Shown here: positions 54,279-64,000 of the stretch, piece after piece
Layout: each line of letters begins with the position of its first letter
Numbering within the stretch: the stretch's first letter is position 1
Assembly: GCA_964188305.1 (NCBI GenBank)
Contig: OZ076897.1
Reading direction: 5' to 3' (one strand)
Length of the DNA: 64,000 bases
Source: Podarcis bocagei
Taxonomy: Eukaryota
Notes under the pieces: model-generated
Seen by the model: the letters and a program-made list of their open reading frames with translations, nothing else
Databases searched by the model: none
What the model was told of the DNA's origin: nothing
Program-made: the position numbers and the translations under genes

Positions 54279-55717
54279 CTAGCAGGAAGAGGAGACAAAA
54301 TCAAATAAAAGAAGGCGTGTAACTGACAATGCGCACATCTTGAGTCTAGCTGAAAGGGGGAGGAAAGGCACCTGCCATACAAATAAGACTAACTACAAAA
54401 CTACAATATCACACTTCAGAGATAAACATGGGTTACGATTACTGCTTCTTGCATGGAATTTAGTTGTCCTGATATGAATGCTCTCTTCCAAATACTAACC
54501 ATTAGCTTAACATGAAGAGTTGCTTTCTATGATTGTTCTGAGAAGATAAAGAGGTATATTTGAGAATCACAACCATATCTAAATGTTCATAAAACATAAT
54601 GTTGTAATTCACACATCTGCCTTGGAAAGAAGATACACTCATTCTGACCTGTTTACAGAGCTCTGAACATGCCTTCTAAGACAGAATGGTGTACTGTACT
54701 TACAACAGTGGATTTTAATAGAGTCTATGATGAACTCTCAAATACAACTGAGGGCTGTCCTCCAATGCAAAAGCCTAATAATGATGGGATTGATTAGAAT
54801 GCAACCTTTCTCAGAAAAAAGGCTGGCTGCTGCTCTTTTGCATATGTAAATTAAAATAGCTTTCTAAAGTTACTCTTAAAACAAACAGCCAGGTGGCAAT
54901 GTTAGCTAACCAGAAAAAATCAACTAGGCTTTGATGCCACAAAAAGGCATCATACAATAAATAAATAAATAAACTGCACCATTTTATTTCGCCATGTAAA
55001 GAATGTGTGACATTATATCTAGGAAGATCTTGCTCCTATAAGCAATAATCACACTTTTAGCACCTTTTGAATATATTTTCAGTTTGAACCTTAAACCCAT
55101 CAAGAATGTTAGCATTGTTCCCAGTGCATAGGTGTTTAACACCGTCCTATTCTTGCTCTTCACTGTGTTAATTTTGTTCGTTTTACTCCTCTTAAAATAT
55201 TTCAGCAGAGACTTGCGGGGGAGGGGGGTCCAACTGAGCAAGCTGGAATACTTGCACTGACGAGGCATTTACTTAGTGCTGCATTGTATACAAGCAACAA
55301 TATCTACAGTAATATGCAGTATGCCATTTCTATGGTGTCAACTGAGCATATAAGAATTACTGTTACAGACAGTATATGATTATTTCAATTTTAACATATA
55401 ATACCCAAATATATTAATTGGCTTTCATGTTAATTGTGGCCAAATAATGACAAGAGTATGTGAGTCACGGATACTAAGTTATATTTCAAACATCACTGCA
55501 GGGACATTTTTGAATCTGGGACAGATTTGATTCTTATCACGCATCTATCTACCTTTGGAACAATGCACACAATAACGTAAAACAGTGCAGTACAGCTTTA
55601 TGTCAATATTATCAGAGAGTACTCTACTGACTTCCCAATGCATTCTGTCCATTCATGCACATTAAAGAAACCCTTAAATCGGGAGTTTGTAAAAGGGAGA
55701 AGAACATGAATGTGCTA

Positions 55718-55879
<162 letters not shown>

Positions 55880-56006
55880 CTAAACGAATGAAAACCAACA
55901 AGTATGATATGGCACCATTACTTGCTCTTGTTTTGATCTTATGTTAGAACACCATTTAACAGTTATATTGCATATATGTATATTTCACATATGTATCTTC
56001 TTAAAG

Positions 56007-56415
56007 CAGGGTCGCCAATGTGGCACCCATGAGTGCAATGGTGCCCTTGAGGTCTGCCCCTGGCACACCCAAAGCCTCTGTGCTCTGCCCCCCACTTCCC
56101 CCTTCAACATCAGGTGGTGAGGGTGATTAGCTTTTTCTACCCTGAACAGTAGACAGAGCTGAAGAAGGAAGCTAGAAGAGTAATGCTCTTTCCCACATCC
56201 TCTTTCAAGTCTATGTGCTTTTTAAGGCTCAGATTAATGCTACTGGATCCGGTTTTTGCTCAGATCCCTTGGAAAAGCGAAGTCTGTGTACATGCACTTT
56301 ATAGTTTTCTCACTCTTGGAGGTGGGGGTGAGAAGTGACCAGAGCAGGTGGTGCCTCACCATCCTTGCTCAAAAATCCAAATGTGCTCATCAGGGTAAAA
56401 GATTGGGGGCCTCTG
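56007..56415. mobile_element. hAT-like non-autonomous element
   Basis: cagggtcgccaat...attgggggcctctg ends; flanks tcttaaag / ccttagat (degenerate 8-bp TSD). Confidence 0.5.
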
Positions 56416-59294
56416 CCTTAGATCAGCCCTAAAAGAGGATTAATATCCTTTATTACTGATGGATGCTGTTACTGGGGGAGAAGGGGTTTAGTTTGCCGAA
56501 GTGAGTTTGTGGCAGAGGTAACATTTGAACCAGAAGACTTCCTGGTTCACAGCTCAGACAACTAGTCATTTCTAGGCACGACAATACCTCTCTACAAACA
56601 ACATGCAAGAGAATTTCCTTCATATGTTGCTAATAACATTTTCACCACGGAGCACTGTTTTAGATAAGTGCACATTTCACTGCTGCATACTGAAGTCACA
56701 AATGCATGCTTAGAACATGAACTAAATTAAAAACTTATAAACAGCAAGAACACAGACCATGTAATATTGGCAACTTGCAAGCTGTGCTCCTGCCACATCC
56801 CCCACTTTTCTTTACACTGCATCTGCTATATTGAAAAAGTGGCTTGCAAAGGCAAGTTGAACCACATGAACAGAAGCAGATGTGAAAAGCTTCAAAACAA
56901 AGGAAGCACTTGTTTAGAAGTGCACAAGTGAAGTGCTTTAGTGCAACTGCAAAATACAGATTCCCAGACAAATAAAGAAAATAAATATTTAGCTCAAGAA
57001 AAAGGACAAGGAGTAGATATTGTAGTAAAACTTGCCAAAACGTCAGCCTGTGGGAATGAGAAGTCAGATTTGCAGTTTTGAATTAGAAAATGGAGAACTG
57101 GAAGTAAGATATCTTCTTCAGAGCTATCCCTAAAGCAAAACCTATTCACTCAGTACCACTCATCAGATTACATTGAGCTTTTTGATATCAAACTAACACC
57201 TGATTATCTATACTGTAATACTATGGGTTACACCATTTGTCATTTGTGTTAAATGGTAAATGGGTAATATATTTAAAATGTTAATCATGCAGAAGAATTG
57301 GAGACATTTCTAAAGACACATATAAGAGATTCTAACATTTCAGTGGCTCCACAGACCCAACAATGGACTAATATGTTCATCTGCAGGCACAGTAATTCCT
57401 TTCGCAGCAGAGTGGCTTCTCTCACCCTTACTTGTATTTAATATTCAGAAAATGCGTGGAAATTTTTGACTATGCACAGAGCAAGCTTGTAATAAAACAC
57501 TTGCCCTGATTGAAAATGGGGCATAAAAGTTGCCTCCAGGCAAGGTTCTTATCACCACCACCTCTGAGCTTCCTCTTTTCTTCTGACAGATGCACATTCA
57601 CAGACCTCAGCTGTGGTTGTGGTGCATATGAGAGAGACTCCACCCAGACTGGCAGTAGTAGAAGGAAACACAGCAGCAGCATGGCCACTGCAGTATCTGG
57701 CTTCCTTCAGACAGTGAAAGAAACACCAAGACAAAGGCAGCTCAGCCCAGAGGCAGCCCTAACAATGCTATTGCCCCAGCTGGCAAAACATGCAATATGT
57801 TGCATGAGCTTGCTTACTCACTCTCCTGTTAAAGGGAGCTCACATTCCACAGCACTATCTGATCTTTTTTAGCTGGTGATGATAGGGACTGAACATGCAA
57901 AGGATGTGCTTTTTCAATGAGCTATAGTGTCTTCCCATTTAAGTGTCAGAGGTTGAAAAGTATTGCCAATAAGGCCCTTTAAAAGCAACCATGTCAAAAG
58001 GACCATAACCCAAAATTGCTTTAACAAGCAGGTAGAAAATTTGAATTTTCAGATTTAGGAATGCCATAGCTCAAGTTGCTGGCTGGCTTTTCAATGGACA
58101 CAAAGATGAACTAGAAAAAAAAATTGCACCAACTCATTTGATTTTAGCAAATTATGACTGTGTTATAGTAAGGTTGAAACTTGAGAGCTTTGAAGATCTC
58201 CGTCCCCACCTCAAGTATTATCTCATTCTTCTACTCATTTGCCATATAAATAACTCCAAATTCTATTTTCTCAACACCTATTATGAGGAGGAAAAATGCT
58301 ACCCACATACTTTATTTTTAAAGCTACATATTAAAGAAACACGCAACTATTAAAATGAGCACCAGCAACTGTTTGGGTACAGTGTACAGCCCCCAGTATT
58401 CCATGACTGTTCACCGGGCTTCTCTGATTTTCAAAGCACTAACTGTGCACCTTTAAAAGGCAGCACAACTGCCAGAAAGCCCTTCTATGCCATCCCTTTC
58501 ATCAGTGTGGACTTTTGTTCAAGCAGCAACCTGTACTATGGGCGCAGATCTGTTCCATCACTCCAACCTTCTAGCCCCACACTTTATACACAGTCTGGAA
58601 AACAGTGGAATGTAGCTGATGATTGTGCATAAGCCCACATAAGAGAAAATGAAAAAGCTGTCAAGTGTTTCATGGATAGCAACTTGTGCACAGAAGATTG
58701 CAGGTACATGCACATAACCCTGCAACTGTATGCTTAGGAGCAACTAGGACTTCAGCCCTTCTCCGTGTGAAAGTCTACCCTGCACTAAGCCACAGTTTTG
58801 TTACATGTCAAAAGCAAGTATTTTTTTACAAAATATTAATAGCTAATTTATGCATGATGTCCTTTTATCTTCTACCACAGTTTCTCGGGTTCTCCTTCAC
58901 TATGCACGATAATTGAGTGCTAGTCCTGAAATGTAGCTTTTTAAACATTCTCTCTTATAAAATAAGGTGCAAGTGAGCTGAAAACTATTTTTTTAAATCC
59001 ACTTTTTTTGTTAAGAACCAAAATAACAATTATTATAATTTAAGATGCTGGTTCTGCAATATATTCATATTGACTGCTACCCGATACACGTGTCAAGGCT
59101 ACAGAATTTTGAAGATTTCGATCTCCAAAGCAGTAAAAAATCTGCAGCTGTAGAGGAATTGTAACATTCTTAAAAACTCTGTAACTTGTGCATATGGACA
59201 AACTTAAAAAGCCCATGTCTTTACTTGCACCACTTGGAGAGAAACTGTACACATGGAAGGTTTGAATGACATGTTATGAAGACACATGATGAAA

Positions 59295-59425
59295 CCACGC
59301 TGCTGAAGCTAAGCAGGCCTGGATCTGGAAAGTGCCTGGATGGAAGGCTGCCTGGGAATCCCAGATGCACCACCCTGAGTTCCATGATAGAGAAAACCGA
59401 CAATATAAACAGTACTGAATAAATG
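59295..59425 (+). mobile_element. 5S rRNA-derived SINE-like element or 5S pseudogene fragment
   Basis: gaagctaagcaggcctggatctggaaagtgcctggatggaaggctgcctgggaatcccagatgc resembles the 3' half of 5S rRNA (internal control region), followed by a non-5S tail. Confidence 0.7.
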
Positions 59426-61309
59426 TCCACATTCCATTTTCTTAGAAGCTACTTCAGTCACTCACCTGTGGAGTACTAAATGTTGCCTCTAGGTGAATAA
59501 TGAAGAAAAGTTTTGTCCACTCAAAAGGGAGATGGCTTTCCCAACACATTCATAATGCTATTTGTGTCATAAAGTATTAAAACACAGATATGACATCAGA
59601 TGGAACAAATTTTTTTTTGAGGGCTAATTATCTCTTGCAAGACTATTTGCCAGTCGGACTTCCAAAGGTGAGACATGCATGTTGTCACGCAGTACAACCT
59701 GATCAGCAGTACAGCCAAAATCTGTACTCAATAAGCATTTGTGGATTTCCTCTTTTCTAATGTTTTTTAATTTAATTGGCTGACTTTTTTTTTTACTTTA
59801 TGAACTCTTATTTGATTTTATATTGTTTTATGACAGCAATAAAATTTTTAAGTATTATATTTTCCCAATGCTTCTCCAAGCAGTTAGTGGTAAGATATAA
59901 TTACATCCAAAACTCAACATGAAGCATGAAATCTCATTTGCATACAACTTTTGGAAACAAATGTTCTTTTCCCTGAAAGTGACTCTGTAGGCAATATTTT
60001 TGGTACACCTTAATTAAAATTTGTGACAACCTTAAGGCACTAGATAAGATCACGCTGCAAGTCATATCTGGGTTGCAGGTTACCATCTGGATATAAAGTC
60101 TGAAGAATGGAAAGCACTTTATTTGCTTTCAAAATAAGAAATTGCTAAGAGGTGCCAAATTCTACACTTTGGATTTGGTCATTTGAGAACAAAATGATTT
60201 AACTGCTTTGAAAACAGACAATTTTGAACTGCAGCTTAATTTTTCTAAGTCTTGTGAGCCTATTTTGTCCATTAAAACAGATTAAATACCACAGCATTTA
60301 GTTTTAATTTGGTCTCCGTCATGTTATTTTAGTGTTGTAGTACTAAAGTGATGTCCATAATCGTGGTAAAACATCATGCTCAAAGGTTTATCAAACAGTA
60401 ACTTGCATAGTTCACTCAATTCAGGCCAAATATATGATATTCTGTCTATTTTTAACACATGGATTAGCTGGGACTGGCCATTAATTAGGTGGCTGGAAGG
60501 CATAAGACCAATCATGATCATTTTGAAGAGTGGATGGGTTTCTTGCATACAGAATTATGGTCTTGAGATAAACTGATTTTGGTCTAATACAGTTTATCCA
60601 TCCCTAACAAAAGTGTTGAGAAGCAGCTGGGCCCAATACATGTTACTACCAGAAATGAAGGACAAGACAGGCAGGGGAAGAATATACAGAAATCAACTGA
60701 ACTAGCCATTTAATCTCACTTAACATTGATGAGAGGACAGTGTCCTCCACTGCCCTTAAGGGCAGCAGGCTAGTAAACTGAGTTACACACAGAGGAATAT
60801 ACCTGGGGGCTGCCACTCTGTGCCCCACACGAACTAGCATGTGGCTCCTGAGGCAGCAGCCAATACTCTTTTGCTTACTGCTAGGATAGTTCCTGGTTGA
60901 GAATCCAAAATTGAGAATCCAATTTTTAGAGAATATAAAAATTGTGAATCACCAACAGAACACAAGAGCCCATGAAGATTTTTGTGTGCGATTTAAACAG
61001 AAAGTGCTGAGACTAAGACCTTAAGGGGTTCCATGCCCAGTATTTTTTAAAAATGAAAATTATTCTGCTACATAGGGAGCTGCCCATGGATGGGTGCTGT
61101 TCCTGCTGCTGCCTTTTATTAATGTTTTGAGGTCTGTGATTACTGGTTTTGTTCTAAAAGCCACCTTGAGAGGATTTTATTTTATTTTTACCTTACAAGC
61201 AACTTGCAAACTTTTTAAGAATAAAAATTAATAAAAACCAGGTCAGACCGTTTGCCCCTCTATCCCAGAATTGTATACTCTGATTCACAGCAGCCCTCTG
61301 GAACAGATG

Positions 61310-61575
61310 TATGTAGCTAATGTGACACTTACCAGATGTTGCTGGACTACAATTCCCATCATCCCCAACCACTGGACATGCTTGCTGGGGGTGATTGCAT
61401 TGTGAGTCCAACAATGTCTGGAGGGCACCATGCTCTAGCTCTAGGATACAGGTAGCCAATGTAGTGGTCTCATGACATGGACCAACTCCCATTAGCCTCA
61501 GCCAACACAGCCAATGTTCAATGATGAGAGCTACAGTCCAACATCATCTGGAAGGCGCCATATTGGTCATTCCTG
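61310..61575. mobile_element. Two adjacent short hAT-like MITEs
   Basis: ccagatgttgctggactacaattcccatc...tctggagggcacca, then caggtagccaat...attggtcattcctg with 7/8 TSD ctctaggr. Confidence 0.6.
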
Positions 61576-62914
61576 CTCTAGGGACTCTGACAAAGGTTTT
61601 TCTATCCCTTTCTACTCAATCCTTTTAACTAGAGACGTCAATAGACTAAACTTAGAACTTTTTGCATTCAGAGCATGTGTTCCACTTCTTGGGATATGAC
61701 CTTCCTCCATTCTCTGAACTGACACTCAGAAACTGAACCAGTTCACCATGTTTTTCAGTAGTAATGCAGTAATTATAACCCAGATATACTTTTAAACTAA
61801 GCTAACCAGTAGTTAAAGGAAAACATGGTTTCACCCCAAGTAGGTAATAATTGATTGTATTCCTCTTACATAATAGTGCCTAAAACCATACATCCAGCAA
61901 GTCTAACCATTCCATTACTGCTGAATGGCGCTCAGTATTTCCAATACTCCCAGCTACTATTATGTCAATCAATAGCCAGATCTTCATGTAGAGTCAGACC
62001 AATGCATTAATAAGGACAGAATGAAACACTCCAACAAAATGAAAAATGGGTCAAAGTGACCATGTTCCCTAAAGCTCCAAGTTAAATCAATAGAATTTGA
62101 GTTAATCAACTGTACATGTTGAGGTCTTGCTAGGCCATGTAACAGACAAAGAACGACAGTACCTCCAGTTTGCAAAACAGATACTATGCAATTACAATAT
62201 TAGAATTACTATGACAATTCACCAGTGACAGAACTGAAGTTGAAAATTTAAATCTCAACTCCAAAAATCCTTTCACATCTTTCTTCAAATCTGTTCTATG
62301 CAAACCAAAGGAGGGCATCTGTACCACTGATTAATTTGGAATAATCATAGAGATAAAAAAATTATTCACCTTCTACAAACAGTACTGTTCACCTGAAGTA
62401 TCACACTCAGCAAGGTATTTTTATTATTATCATTCATTCATTGTGTCGTACCCAATGCACTCTTTCTGTAAGCCCAAGATATACACAGTTCAAGTTCCCC
62501 ACCCCATGTGTACCCTTCCCAAGTCAGCTTTGAAGAGTTGAGGCAACTCCCAAAACTGATTTAGGGGGCGGGGCACCTGAGAGTGGGAGAGGAAGTTCCA
62601 TTGCACAGCTAAATGTCCTTGCACTGATGGAGCAATTCAGTTGAATACCACTCACTATTTTTATATTCCACCTTTACTCCAATCAGGAGCACAGAGCAGC
62701 TAACACTAAAAATTAAACCATACAGTGATAAAATAATCAAAACCATAAAATCTCAATATAAAACAGTAAAATCTGCAGCAAGGGGACCACACCTAATTAT
62801 CTGAATGACTGGACAAATAAAAATATATTCAGTGACAATTTCTACTCTAATGGCAGATTGAACACCCCCTGGAAGGGAGTTTCAAACTTGGGTGTCTCAT
62901 TATCCTAGTTAGCC

Positions 62915-64000
62915 CTGGAGTTAACCAGGGCTATTGACTGTTTGGCTCCGAAGCGCCCTCTCCGATTGCATGGAGCCCGGACAGCCCCGTGGTTTTCCAC
63001 GGATCTGAGGGCAATGAAACAATCGTTGAGACGGCTAGAGCGCCGGTGGCGGATAACTCATTCCGAATCTGACCGGACACAGGTTAGAGCTCAACGTCGA
63101 GCCTACCAAGTGGCGATAGCGACGGCGAAGAAGAATTTCTTCACCGCCTCTATTGCATCTGCAGAAAACAGCAGCAGGAGACTTTTTCAGGTGGTTCATA
63201 ATTTAGCAACATCGGGGCCCAGTACGGGCCACATGTTCTCCTGCAATGATTTTGCAAAGTTTTTTGCAGATAAAATCGCTCAGATTCGGGAAGAAGTAGA
63301 CTCCACCGTGGGAGCAGGGCCGGGGCGGGAGAGTGCTAGAGCTCTGTCTAGTCAAGTTGAGTGCGATCAATTCCAATCTGTTACCTCCGAGGATGTGGAC
63401 AGGCTGCTTGGACGAGTGAAACCAACCACCTGTCTCCTGGATCCTTGCCCATCCTGGCTTATAAAAGCTAGCCGGGAAGGACTGGGCGATGGGCTTCGTG
63501 GGGTGGTGAATGCTTCCCTCCGTGAGGGAGCCTTCCCAGACCCGCTGAAAGAGGCGGTTATTAAACCGCTTCTTAAAAAACCATCTTTAGATGCGGCCAC
63601 GATGGCCAACTATCGCCCAGTCTCAAATCTTCCATTCCTGGGCAAGGTGATTGAGCGAGCGGTTGCCGAACAACTCCAGGCACGCCTGGAAGAAGCGGAC
63701 CATTTGGATCCCTTCCAGTCGGGATTCAGGCCTCATCATGGGACTGAAACTGCCTTGGTCGCACTGGTTGATGATCTCCGGCGGGCTAGGGACAAAGGTG
63801 AGAGCTGCTTCCTAGTTCTGCTGGATCTCTCAGCGGCGTTTGATACCATCGACCATAGCATCCTTCTGGACCGTCTTGAGGGGCTGGGAGCTGGGGGCAC
63901 TGTCATACAGTGGTTCCGCTCCTTCCTCCTGGGCCGTGTTCAGAAAGTGGTGGTGGGGGATGAGTGTTCAGACCCCTGGGCTCTCACTTGTGGGGTGCCT
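62915..64000 (+). mobile_element. Young L2 LINE, 5'-truncated, ORF2 reverse transcriptase (continues past window)
   Basis: 362 uninterrupted codons: ...APWFS...LDPCPSWLIK...NYRPVSNLPFLGKVIERAV...DPFQSGFRPHHGTETALV...LVLLDLSAAFDTIDH...GVP; CpG-rich. Confidence 0.95.

Noticed and set aside
55701-55716. Glucocorticoid response element-like AGAACA-tgaa-TGTGCT in a GLCCI1 intron
   Set aside because: Spacer is 4 nt rather than the 3 nt of a canonical GRE.
57510-57872. 120-aa plus-strand ORF with an acceptor-like tract, antisense to GLCCI1
   Set aside because: No homology recognised, no matching donor or partner exons.

Overview
Vertebrate (squamate, probably lacertid lizard) genomic DNA; the taxon is inferred from Sauria SINEs, BovB/RTE, young L2 and squamate-type MITEs. 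Two convergent multi-exon genes lie tail to tail. The 3' half of ICA1 (ICA69) is on the + strand: 9 coding exons, 3311-27086, poly(A) signals at 27209 and 27412. The 3' part of GLCCI1 is on the - strand: 6 coding exons, 55879-39486, with a 3'UTR to ~36830. All exons were read by hand, have GT-AG boundaries and join in phase. Most entries in the supplied ORF track are spurious. The rest is intron/intergenic DNA with LINE fragments (CR1, L2, RTE, BovB), SINEs (Sauria, tRNA-derived, one 5S-derived), Tc1/mariner and hAT MITEs, microsatellites and a 129-nt N gap. I found no wholly new gene or multi-gene system. The best candidates for something undescribed are at isoform level: an in-frame 30-nt GC-donor microexon in GLCCI1, an in-phase alternative terminal/poison exon that would give a BAR-only ICA1, a 96-nt ICA1 cassette exon with a downstream splicing-motif cluster, and a CpG-rich intronic promoter-like region in ICA1. 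Comparisons to human proteins and repeat families are from memory, not from searches.
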